A stretch of 19,525 bases of DNA from Pseudomonadota bacterium (GCA_043822785.1 JBDRBN010000138.1:1-19525); one strand, 5' to 3'; counted from the first letter of the stretch, positions 8,961 through 17,217 are shown. Notes: generated by a model from the letters alone, not told the origin. Numbers and translations are program-made.

Positions 8961-9974
8961 ATGAATGACGTATTAGTTGAAATTAAAGACATAACAAAGC
9001 GCTTTCCTATCATGGGCGGTGTATTTGGCCGTGAGGTGGCCGCAGTTCATGCCGTGCGCGGAGTTTCGCTGCGGATCAATAAGGGAGAAACGCTAGGCTT
9101 GGTTGGCGAAAGCGGGTGTGGAAAAACCACGCTAGGTCAGCTCATCCTGCGCCTGATAGATCCGGATAAGGGTTCGATAATATTCGATGGCAGCGATATC
9201 ACGCGTATGACTCAAAGAAACTTAAGGCCTTTGCGCAAACGCATGCAGATTGTGTTTCAGGATCCGTATGCGTCGCTCAATCCGCGCATGACTGTGGAGG
9301 ATATCATCGCAGAACCTCTTCTGGTTCATGGCATCGGAAACAGTCGTGAGCGCAGCGATCGTGTTTATGAACTTTTGCGCTTGGTAGGTCTTAAGCAGGA
9401 TGCAGCTTCAAAATATCCGCACGAATTTTCAGGCGGACAGCGCCAGCGCATAGGAATAGCCAGGGCTATCGCGCTTACACCTAGCTTGGTTGTGGCTGAT
9501 GAACCTGTTTCCGCTCTTGATCTTTCGATACGCGGTGAGATCTTAAACTTGCTCTCTGATCTGCGCGAGAAGTTTTCACTCACATACTTGTTCATAGCGC
9601 ACGATCTCAAAGTTGTAGAACACATAAGCCACAGGATCGCCGTGATGTATCTCGGTAAGATCATGGAGCAGTTTCCTGCCGATCAGGTGGCTTTGGCACG
9701 TCATCCCTATACCCAGGCACTCATCTCTGCGGTGCCGGTACCAAATCCAAAGGTAAGCAGAGGTAGAATGGTACTTGCGGGCGATGTGCCATCGCAGATT
9801 TCACCGCCTGCAGGATGCTCGTTTCATCCGCGCTGTCCTTATGCAAAAGAGATATGCGCTCGCGAGGAGCCGTCGCTTGCCGAGTATTCAGCCGGCATGA
9901 GCGCCGCATGCCATTTTATAAAGGACATGGCTACAAAGAGAGTTGCGGATGTATCACCCGCATTTCATGGATAG
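8961..9974 (+). CDS. oppF: Peptide ABC transporter ATP-binding protein
   Basis: [40 protein letters not shown] and GCSFHPRCP motifs. Confidence 0.93.
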   Translation: MNDVLVEIKDITKRFPIMGGVFGREVAAVHAVRGVSLRINKGETLGLVGESGCGKTTLGQLILRLIDPDKGSIIFDGSDITRMTQRNLRPLRKRMQIVFQDPYASLNPRMTVEDIIAEPLLVHGIGNSRERSDRVYELLRLVGLKQDAASKYPHEFSGGQRQRIGIARAIALTPSLVVADEPVSALDLSIRGEILNLLSDLREKFSLTYLFIAHDLKVVEHISHRIAVMYLGKIMEQFPADQVALARHPYTQALISAVPVPNPKVSRGRMVLAGDVPSQISPPAGCSFHPRCPYAKEICAREEPSLAEYSAGMSAACHFIKDMATKRVADVSPAFHG

Positions 9975-9982
9975 GAGGCATC

Positions 9983-10480
9983 ATGAGGAGGATAATTTTT
10001 TCTTTAGCAATGATCATCGCCATCGCGCTGGCAGCCTCGCATGCTTACGCTAAGAAAGAGGTCTTACGGGTTCCAGGCGGGGCAAATATCCCGTCTCTGG
10101 GTATATCCATAGATGCCAGCTATGATCCCAGGCTTGATAATTTTGTTCCGGGCTATAAAGTCATAAACGTCGCGCTCATAAACCAGGGCTTTAGTATCAT
10201 CTATCTCGATCCTGAGAAGGACAAGTGGCAGATAAAACTCGCGGGCAAATCCAAGTTGATTAATGCGATACACGACCTGAGAAGGACGGATCCTGAAGCC
10301 TGGAATAAGATACCAAAACGTGCCAGGGCGCTTGTAGGCTATCCATTGGTTTTGCCTATAGGTGCAAGGGAGGTGATCGATATATTTGTTCCAGATTCAG
10401 TGGATGTAGAAAAATTCAACGAACTCGATATTTACTTAAGATTGCGCAACACAAGACTTCAGATACTAGTACGCCAATAA
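9983..10480 (+). CDS. Hypothetical secreted protein (165 aa)
   Basis: AGGAGG RBS at 9973-9978, ATG 9983, Sec signal MRRIIFSLAMIIAIALAASHAYA; stop abuts the next start. Confidence 0.75.
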   Translation: MRRIIFSLAMIIAIALAASHAYAKKEVLRVPGGANIPSLGISIDASYDPRLDNFVPGYKVINVALINQGFSIIYLDPEKDKWQIKLAGKSKLINAIHDLRRTDPEAWNKIPKRARALVGYPLVLPIGAREVIDIFVPDSVDVEKFNELDIYLRLRNTRLQILVRQ

Positions 10481-11845
10481 ATGGGAATCACAATAGTACA
10501 TAAGAGCGATTTGAAGCGTAAGCACACGCACGCTCCAAAAGCTCTGATACTCGCAGGCGGTGCGCTCACCGGCGGCTCGTTCAAGGCAGGCGGGCTCAAG
10601 GCGTTAAACGACTATCTTGTGGATTTTACAGTCAACGATTTTGACATATTCGTAGGAATAAGCTCAGGCAGCATGATCGCTGCCTCGCTCATCGGGGGCA
10701 TCAGACCTGAGACAATGCTCAAGAGTCTGGACGGAACCTCCGGCCATTTTTCGCAGCTTACAGGTTGGCACTGTTATCGCCCTAACATCGCTGAAATGGT
10801 GGTGCGTCCCCTAAAGTTTATAATGCAGGCAGCGAGCTGGCTTCCTGATGGTTTAGTAAAGATCGCCAGGCACGCAGAATGGAAAAGGGGTCTTCTTGGC
10901 TGTGTATGGAACTTCATAACCAACCCATCGCTTACAACATATGATGATCTTTTTGACCCGATTAAGGATCAATTAAAAGAGGAGGATCTACCTTCGCTGG
11001 TTGCGCTCTTGCCGTCCGGGCTATTTGATAATGGACCCATAGAGGCCTACATTCGCGAGAACATACAGCGCAACAAGCTCACCAACGATTTTTGCGAAAC
11101 CTTCAAGCTCACCAAGAAGCGGCTCTACATATCTGCGGTGAGGTTGGATAGTGCGCAGCGGGTGGTGTTTGGTCCTGATGAGGATTCGTCCGTCTCCATC
11201 TCTCAAGCCATTCAGGCCTCCACTGCCTTGCCCGGTTTTTATAGGCCGGCTCACATAAACGGCATCGATTATGTTGACGGCGGAGTGCAGGAAACCGCAA
11301 ACATCGACACAGCAATTGAAAAGGGCGCCGAACTTGTGGTCTGCTACAATCCATTTCGTCCTTATGAGCCCGGGGAATTTGTGGAAGGGTTTAAAAGGCG
11401 AAGGAGGCGTAGGCTTGCTGCCGATGGTGTGATGGCAGTTCTCAACCAGATCTTTAGAGCGTTCTTTCACACAAGGCTCCAGGTGGCCCTCAACAGATTC
11501 AAGCGAGATGCTAATTTCTCTGGCGACATAATACTCATCGAACCGCGTGCTGATGATGCTGCTTTTTTTGCCTTAAACCCCATGTCTCTCAAAAACAGAA
11601 TCGAAGCTGCAAGGCTTGGGTTCGAATCCGTATGCAGCTCCATTGACGAGCGCTTTGATGAGCTGAAATCCATCATGGCGCGTTACGGCATTGGCATGAG
11701 CCGCAGGAGAGTTGAAGAGGAATACCAGCAGCTTCTGCAGCCTGATCTTACCAACCGCGAAGTGCAGCGCCTTTTGGAAGGGCGCAGAGCCAAGAAGGCT
11801 CGCAAGAAAGTGCGTGCTGCTCCTAAAAAGAGGAGGGCACGATGA
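10481..11845 (+). CDS. Patatin-like phospholipase/esterase
   Basis: Gly-rich LILAGGALTGG, nucleophile GISSG (GxSxG), catalytic YVDGG; Lys/Arg-rich C-terminal tail. Confidence 0.88.
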   Translation: MGITIVHKSDLKRKHTHAPKALILAGGALTGGSFKAGGLKALNDYLVDFTVNDFDIFVGISSGSMIAASLIGGIRPETMLKSLDGTSGHFSQLTGWHCYRPNIAEMVVRPLKFIMQAASWLPDGLVKIARHAEWKRGLLGCVWNFITNPSLTTYDDLFDPIKDQLKEEDLPSLVALLPSGLFDNGPIEAYIRENIQRNKLTNDFCETFKLTKKRLYISAVRLDSAQRVVFGPDEDSSVSISQAIQASTALPGFYRPAHINGIDYVDGGVQETANIDTAIEKGAELVVCYNPFRPYEPGEFVEGFKRRRRRRLAADGVMAVLNQIFRAFFHTRLQVALNRFKRDANFSGDIILIEPRADDAAFFALNPMSLKNRIEAARLGFESVCSSIDERFDELKSIMARYGIGMSRRRVEEEYQQLLQPDLTNREVQRLLEGRRAKKARKKVRAAPKKRRAR

Positions 11846-13263
11846 CAAAACAGCTCGATATATTTATTGAAGAAGGAGCACACAAAGATTCTGCAGTTAA
11901 GGCGCACAAAACCTCTGCAACTCAAAGTGATAGAAAAAAAAAGAAAAGGCCGCGCGCTGTAAAGAAAGCCCCGCTCATCGTGGATTCATATGATTCGGAA
12001 CCACACGCATCCCCCCTCCTTTGTAAGGAGGGGACGGGGGAGGTAGATCAGGTTCCACCAGTTGATCTTCCCAAAATATTCTCAGTCTCTGAGATTACAG
12101 AACTCATAAAGCAGAATCTCGAAACCTCTTTTACAGATGTATGGGTGAGCGGCGAGGTAACGGATTTTCGCGGAAGAAAGGGCCCGCATTCCTATTTTGC
12201 ACTTAAGGATGAGTCTTCGCAGATAAGGGCCATCATATTCGGCGCCGGAAACGGCAGGCTCAAGTTTGAACTGGAAGACGGACTCAAACTCGTGTGCCGC
12301 GGCAGGCTCAACGTATATGCGCCAAAAGGCACATATTCGCTCATAATAGATCCAGAACACTGCGAGCCTGAAGGAATCGGCGCTCTTAAGCTCGCGTTTG
12401 AACAGCTCAAGAAAAAGCTCGATGCAGAGGGGCTGTTTGATGCCTCGCGAAAAAAACCCATACCGTATCTGCCAAAGCGCATAGGCATTATCACCGCACC
12501 TGATGGCGCTGCTATTCGCGATCTCATTCACGTGCTCACGCGCAGGTTTCCAAACATCGAGGTGCTCATCCATCCTTCGCGCGTGCAAGGCGACGGAGCT
12601 GCACAGGAGCTCGCGCATGCCATCGAAGTGATGAACGAGCAGGAGGGTCTTGATGTTCTCATCGTGGGCCGAGGCGGTGGATCCATGGAGGATCTGTGGG
12701 CGTTTAACGAAGAGGTGCTCGCGCGCGCCATCGCTGATTCAAAGATTCCCATCGTATCCGCGGTGGGCCACGAGATAGATTTTACCATTTCGGATTTTGT
12801 TGCAGATCTAAGGGCAGCCACTCCTTCAGCTGCTGCAGAGCTTTTGGTGCCGGTGCGCGCTGAGCTTATGAGAACGATTGCAGACTATCGTGAGCGGCTG
12901 GCAGGAGGACTTCTTCGCGTTCTGGAAAATCAAGGCCTGCATCTGAGAAGGCTTGAGGCAAGACTTGGCGATCCAAGAAAGAGGCTTCCTGATCTTATGC
13001 AGCGAGTTGATAGTTGGAGAGAACGTCTGGGTAATTCCATTGCCATTAAGACAAAACATCTTGAACAGCATCTAGCAAAACTTCTCAGCAACCTCGATCA
13101 CCTCTCACCCCTTGGCGTCTTGGCAAAGGGCTATGCGGTTGCCGAAGGCCCTGATGGCAGGGCTATTACAGATTCCAAATCCTTAAAAATCGGCGACCCC
13201 CTCAAACTCCGCTTTAGAAAAGGATCCGCCTCCGCAAAAGTCACCAAAATCATTGACGAGTAG
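11842..13263 (+). CDS. xseA: Exodeoxyribonuclease VII large subunit with ~78-aa N-terminal extension
   Basis: SVSEIT...VWVSGEV, HSYFALKD, LKKKLDAEGLFD, GAAIRD, VQGDGA, GRGGGSMEDLWAFNEE, SAVGHEIDFTISDFVADLRAATPSAAAE, LSPLGVLAKGYA; AGGAGG RBS and ATGA overlap with the patatin gene. Confidence 0.95.
   Translation: MTKQLDIFIEEGAHKDSAVKAHKTSATQSDRKKKKRPRAVKKAPLIVDSYDSEPHASPLLCKEGTGEVDQVPPVDLPKIFSVSEITELIKQNLETSFTDVWVSGEVTDFRGRKGPHSYFALKDESSQIRAIIFGAGNGRLKFELEDGLKLVCRGRLNVYAPKGTYSLIIDPEHCEPEGIGALKLAFEQLKKKLDAEGLFDASRKKPIPYLPKRIGIITAPDGAAIRDLIHVLTRRFPNIEVLIHPSRVQGDGAAQELAHAIEVMNEQEGLDVLIVGRGGGSMEDLWAFNEEVLARAIADSKIPIVSAVGHEIDFTISDFVADLRAATPSAAAELLVPVRAELMRTIADYRERLAGGLLRVLENQGLHLRRLEARLGDPRKRLPDLMQRVDSWRERLGNSIAIKTKHLEQHLAKLLSNLDHLSPLGVLAKGYAVAEGPDGRAITDSKSLKIGDPLKLRFRKGSASAKVTKIIDE
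12011..12046. repeat. Purine/pyrimidine palindrome (putative family C element) embedded in xseA
   Basis: CCCCTCCTT-tgt-AAGGAGGGG (perfect 9-bp stem, 12013-12033) followed by ACGGGGGAGGTAG; only one copy in the window. Confidence 0.55.
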
Positions 13264-13282
13264 AAAAAGGAAAAATTACCAT

Positions 13283-13876
13283 TTATTTTTTTGAATAATA
13301 CTTTCGCATTTCGTTCTGGTCCATGGCGATTCCGGCTTGAACAAATTCCCGATAGCTTCGGGAGCCGCGATCCGGGATCCAATCCTCACAACCGATTCTT
13401 CCCTTCACAGGATTCAGGAGAACATCGTCCCTTCCAAAGGCATAATGCTGATAACTGCTCCAAGGATATCTTTCCGGCTTATGACAGATACCTGCCCGAA
13501 CCGGGTTGATCTCAATATATCGGCCGCAGGCCATCCAATGTGCCTCATCTTCAATGATGATACTGCGAAAACGGCTGTGCCAGATGTGCCCGTGAAACCG
13601 GTATCTGCGGCGATGGTAATGATTATAGGAAACCGCAATCGCTTTCATCACTGAGGCAAGACAGCTCGTCCCTTCAATCCATGCCAGGAGATGAAAATGG
13701 GTGTGCATGAAGACATAGTGATGAATATAGACGGGCTTGTCCTCGACAAATCGAAGAATGGTGCGACGGAACTGGGTGAAATCGTCGGCATCCTGAAACA
13801 GGCGCATGCTATTATTGCTGCGCCCAATCAAATGGACCATGGCACATGACGACAGAATGCGGGCAGGTCTCGGCAT
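13283..13876 (-). CDS. REP-associated tyrosine transposase (RAYT) / IS200-like Y1 HUH transposase
   Basis: MPRPAR start, HLIGRSNN, HUH motif in YVFMHTHFHLL, GHIWHSRFRS, catalytic Tyr in YIEINPVRAG, YPWSSY. Upstream ATG 13888 is also possible. Confidence 0.88.
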   Translation of the reverse strand: MPRPARILSSCAMVHLIGRSNNSMRLFQDADDFTQFRRTILRFVEDKPVYIHHYVFMHTHFHLLAWIEGTSCLASVMKAIAVSYNHYHRRRYRFHGHIWHSRFRSIIIEDEAHWMACGRYIEINPVRAGICHKPERYPWSSYQHYAFGRDDVLLNPVKGRIGCEDWIPDRGSRSYREFVQAGIAMDQNEMRKYYSKK

Positions 13877-14170
13877 GCCCGATGTCATAAAGCACGAGGC
13901 GTGCCAGACAAATCTGCTGAAATTTCATGGGGCGCTGCTGAACATACCGCCGAAAATGCTGCACCGCTGCTGCGATTCGCTGCACCTTAAAAAAGGACTC
14001 TAATATTTCTCACCACTTCCAATTTGGGAAACGTCCCCTTTTTCCCCTTTTTCCGATATGGAATTATTGTTTATATAAGGGCCACAGTCAAGAAAAACGT
14101 TTACAATAGCTTGAAATATCGTCTTTTAGCATAAAATATGTGAAAAATGGTTACAAAGCGAGAAAAACGT

Positions 14171-14611
14171 TTACGCGGCCTGGTGTGAATCCAGCACATT
14201 AACTGCAAACACCGCATCCTTGTTCATGGCTGTCAAAAAATCCTGAATTTTAGTAAGGCTGGGTAAAGAACGGGCCTGTTCGTATTGGGCATAGGCATGT
14301 TTGGTGATGCCCAGGCGATCTGCAAGCTCGTTTAGAGAAAGGCCGTATTTTGCACGCTGCTGTTTTAAAAGAAGGGCGGTAAGATGCACATCGTCTTCAC
14401 TTTGTTTTGCGCGTAGGATGAACCTATCACCTTTCACGGGCAGAATCTCAACAGCAAATCCCTTGCGATCCACCAGCATCTCCACTGCATCTTTAATCAT
14501 AAGAAAGGCATCTTTTTTTGTGCGGCCCTGTGTGATGATATCAAGTGCTGGCACCTCTATGGGCCAAAGGCTTCCCTCCTTCCATACAAAGCCTTCAAAG
14601 TTGACGCACAT
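14171..14611 (-). CDS. hicB: HicB-like antitoxin with C-terminal XRE-type HTH
   Basis: IEVPALDIITQGRTKKDAFLMIKDAVE (HicB pattern) plus QRAKYGLSLNELADRLGITKHAYAQYEQARSLPSL (HTH); GGAGG RBS; directly downstream of hicA. Confidence 0.82.
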   Translation of the reverse strand: MCVNFEGFVWKEGSLWPIEVPALDIITQGRTKKDAFLMIKDAVEMLVDRKGFAVEILPVKGDRFILRAKQSEDDVHLTALLLKQQRAKYGLSLNELADRLGITKHAYAQYEQARSLPSLTKIQDFLTAMNKDAVFAVNVLDSHQAA

Positions 14612-14620
14612 AAAACCTCC

Positions 14621-14818
14621 TTAGGGCTTATTCTTTTCGCTTACGCTATTGAGCTGAGCTTTCCTTAAAATTCGCCTTGCAGTACTCTCGGCAATTTCAC
14701 GGTGCCTGGGAATGGCTATGCATATCTCGCCATCAGTCCAGATCTCATGTTGGCCGCCCTGGCGTAACAGATGCCATCCGAACCCCATGAGTGCTCTAAT
14801 TAGATCTCTTTTCTTCAT
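14621..14818 (-). CDS. hicA: HicA family mRNA interferase toxin
   Basis: 65 aa, MKKRDLIRAL..GW.LLRQGGQHEIW...IPRHREI...TARRIL with the conserved G-x-H motif. Confidence 0.9.
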   Translation of the reverse strand: MKKRDLIRALMGFGWHLLRQGGQHEIWTDGEICIAIPRHREIAESTARRILRKAQLNSVSEKNKP

Positions 14819-14821
14819 CTT

Positions 14822-14850
14822 AGTGTATATAAATATATATACCTTATCAA
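14822..14850 (-). promoter_or_regulatory. Putative hicAB promoter with operator palindrome
   Basis: Minus strand TTGATA-17 nt-TACACT; GTATATA-aata-TATATAC palindrome (14825-14842) overlaps the spacer; no Shine-Dalgarno before hicA. Confidence 0.55.
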
Positions 14851-14959
14851 GTTCAAATTTAGAGTTTTGCTTTGGTCAACAACTGCACAAAAATGAAGCA
14901 CTGCTGTATAAATAGCGTCAGTTCCATCTGAAAAAAGATAACAATTTCAAGTAAACCGT

Positions 14960-14986
14960 TGATAGCTGTTATGAAATAGCAAGATA
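14960..14986 (+). repeat. 27-bp direct repeat, copy 1
   Basis: TGATAGCTGTTATGAAATAGCAAGATA; 26/27 identical to 17191-17217. Confidence 0.8.
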
Positions 14987-15014
14987 TGGGCCAAAATCTA
15001 AGATAACCAATAGC

Positions 15015-15060
15015 AAGCTGATTCTTACTGGTAGGGCAGCATACCAGTAGGAATCAGCTT
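15015..15060. repeat. 19-bp inverted repeat hairpin
   Basis: AAGCTGATTCTTACTGGTA / 8-nt loop / TACCAGTAGGAATCAGCTT with one mismatch; partial third copy TTCCTACTGGT at 15059-15069. Confidence 0.8.
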
Positions 15061-15087
15061 CCTACTGGTTTTATAGACCTGTCTTGC

Positions 15088-15348
15088 CTGGGCTTCGGGG
15101 ATTTTGATCTGTGGTTTCTTAGGGACCGCGATCGCCGTGAAGTAGATTTCTGTATCACGAAAGATCGCAAGCCATGGCTCCTTGTCGAGGCAAAACTTTC
15201 TGATACAGCGCTCTCTGAATCGCTGGATTTTTTTGCTGGCAAGCTCGGTGTTCCAGCTCTACAGATTGTGGGAAGGCATGGCATGACAAAGCGCATAGGC
15301 CCTGTTTCAATAGTGAGTGCTGCTCAGTGGCTTTTGCAGTTACCCTAA
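15088..15348 (+). pseudogene. C-terminal remnant of an AAA_14/DUF4143-type ATPase gene
   Basis: Frame reads LGFGDFDLWFLRDRDRREVDFCITKDRKPWLLVEAKLSD...SAAQWLLQLP*, with the EVDF...VEAK nuclease-like tail. In-frame TGA at 15019 and no ATG between it and the motif. Confidence 0.75.
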
Positions 15349-15405
15349 AGGCTGCGTGCTACAATGTTTAATGGCAGGCAGCGGCAGCCTCAGCCTTTTG
15401 TTTCC

Positions 15406-16251
15406 TCACTTCACGACATTATAACCTAAAGAAGCGAGAGTTTCGGCGAAATCCAAGCAGGCGGCTCTGTTTTCTGCTGTAATATTACCACTATCAAGGC
15501 GCAAGATCACCTTTGCGGATTCGTCGCTTGCCGCTATGCAAACATCGACCATGCTTTTGCAGGCGTTTTTTTGATCTCCGCTAAGATTATCACACTTTGC
15601 GTAGGCTCCTTCATTGTTTTCAACTGTTGCGCTTGGGGGTGCGGTATTGTTTGCCGGTTCTGAAACTTGGGGTTCTGTATCAGTCGGCTCCTCTTGTTCG
15701 TCTTTTGGAGGCGAAGACAAGTTTCGTAACTCCAACAGAAATTTATCATGACAAGAGTGTCGCCCAGAGTGAAATTCAGCCTTCGTTGGTGAGATATTCA
15801 ATAAGTCCGCTAAGCATGATGAATAGCTTGGAGACACCTTCGAAGCAGCAACGCAATCAGAATAAAGCAAAGGTTTATCCGATTCTGTTGGATTATCAAA
15901 AGGGTTAATCGAATATTGTAGGTATTCGATACGCTTATTTACAAATGCGCTACAAACATCCTCCGGACTTGCTGTTTTGCTAATTTTTGGGTGTGCGCAG
16001 CCCGCTATCCCAAGAATTCCAACAGCGAACGCTAGTGGCGCCAGCATTATTGTCGAGATCGTATCTGCCACGTCTGCCATTGATTCATGAGATGGACGAA
16101 CATACATATCGCCATGCCCTACGGGGGTAGGGGGGCTGCCGCTGCCGCCATCCGTGCCGCTACTAAATGATGCAGCGCCACCTACGCCATAGGTGACAGG
16201 ATTGCCAGCGCCTGCACCTCCAACACCTCCATTATCTCCTGCGCATCTCAT
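15406..16251 (-). CDS. Hypothetical Cys-rich protein with Gly-rich leader and internal lipobox-like segment
   Basis: AGGAG RBS before ATG; hydrophobic IMLAPLAFAVGILGIAGC ending at Cys85; 8 further Cys in two groups of four separated by a P/E/T-rich linker. Confidence 0.75.
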   Translation of the reverse strand: MRCAGDNGGVGGAGAGNPVTYGVGGAASFSSGTDGGSGSPPTPVGHGDMYVRPSHESMADVADTISTIMLAPLAFAVGILGIAGCAHPKISKTASPEDVCSAFVNKRIEYLQYSINPFDNPTESDKPLLYSDCVAASKVSPSYSSCLADLLNISPTKAEFHSGRHSCHDKFLLELRNLSSPPKDEQEEPTDTEPQVSEPANNTAPPSATVENNEGAYAKCDNLSGDQKNACKSMVDVCIAASDESAKVILRLDSGNITAENRAACLDFAETLASLGYNVVK

Positions 16252-16298
16252 AGTATTCTCCTATTTATTCTTGCATCCAGTTTTTCTTTAGTGGTGCC

Positions 16299-16973
16299 CT
16301 AAAATGAAATCCGGCCTCCTATGGTGGGGTAAGCAGCAACAGCACTTTTATCAGCGAGCACGAGCATTATGTTTATTCCAGCAATAGCCTGAGCCGTTTC
16401 ATTTCCAACGCCCATATCTGCATTAACCAATCCTGCAAGACTAAAGCTGTCTATTTTAGCTGGTTCATCGAGATAGAGATGTGTTCCTCCTATACCAGAT
16501 CCTCCGGAAACATGAAAGTATTCGCCGATTGGCGCTTTAAATCTAAGCATAGCTGCAAAATTCCACATCAGACCACTCGATCTTGCTTTGATATCCTGTG
16601 ATTCTGTTGTAACCTTATCAACCGTCTCACCTGACTGACATGTATATCCATCTACACAGTCAGAATGCTCTGTAACAGCTCCCTTTAGTCTTAATTCACC
16701 GCCTAAAGGAATAATGCTTGCTTGAACTCCGAGGCCCACGGAAAAGCCATCTTCTGATGCCGGGAAATATTCAAACCCTACTGTTGCTCCAGGACCATTA
16801 ACACCAACTCCATCTGGCATTTCATAATGAGCAACGTATGCATATGGAATCATTTCCGCTTTAATAACGACTTTGTCTTCAGTTTCCTGGGAGTTAGCAG
16901 TTGCGTCTGCTGCGCCTTTAGCAGGTATGGGCGGGGTCATGCTGCTTGTGATCTTAATTTCATTGTCTGCCAT
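16299..16973 (-). CDS. Hypothetical outer-membrane beta-barrel-like protein lacking a signal peptide
   Basis: GGAGGAGG RBS; alternating amphipathic strands (GATVGFEYF, FSVGLGVQA, FHVSGGSGIG); C-terminal GGRISF. Confidence 0.7.
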   Translation of the reverse strand: MADNEIKITSSMTPPIPAKGAADATANSQETEDKVVIKAEMIPYAYVAHYEMPDGVGVNGPGATVGFEYFPASEDGFSVGLGVQASIIPLGGELRLKGAVTEHSDCVDGYTCQSGETVDKVTTESQDIKARSSGLMWNFAAMLRFKAPIGEYFHVSGGSGIGGTHLYLDEPAKIDSFSLAGLVNADMGVGNETAQAIAGINIMLVLADKSAVAAYPTIGGRISF

Positions 16974-17032
16974 ATTATCCTCCTCCTATAATTGTTTATG
17001 GATTTTGAGCTCATCATCGTGCTCACAATGTA

Positions 17033-17059
17033 TTATCGTTGAGTTTTTTTTTGTTGCGT
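17033..17059 (-). promoter_or_regulatory. Putative alternative-sigma (sigma28-like) promoter
   Basis: Minus strand ACGCAAC-N14-CGATAA, ending 59 nt before ATG 16973; same motif at 18531-18559. Confidence 0.5.
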
Positions 17060-17190
17060 ACTTTTTTCATCCAAAATCCGTCAGATGGTGTATTGCGGCG
17101 AAAATATTAAGGAAATAGAGCAAAACATTTTTGTGGTTTTTTTATGTATCTCGGTATCTCGGTGCCAGCCAACGAAATCTTCAAAGCTGC

Positions 17191-17217
17191 TGATAGCTGA
17201 TATGAAATAGCAAGATA
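17191..17217 (+). repeat. 27-bp direct repeat, copy 2
   Basis: TGATAGCTGATATGAAATAGCAAGATA. Confidence 0.8.

Noticed and set aside
9815..9982. Longer start for the secreted hypothetical protein
   Set aside because: It overlaps oppF; ATG 9983 has AGGAGG and a clean signal peptide.
11021..13654. Multiple antisense or alternative-frame ORFs over the patatin, xseA and RAYT genes
   Set aside because: They overlap well-supported genes and show no recognisable motifs.
15054..15296. 80-aa minus-strand ORF
   Set aside because: Antisense shadow of the DUF4143-type remnant, which has recognisable motifs on the + strand.
15347..15398. Terminator AAAGGCTG...CAGCCTTT between convergent frames
   Set aside because: Arms are 36 nt apart with weak inner pairing; too uncertain to call.
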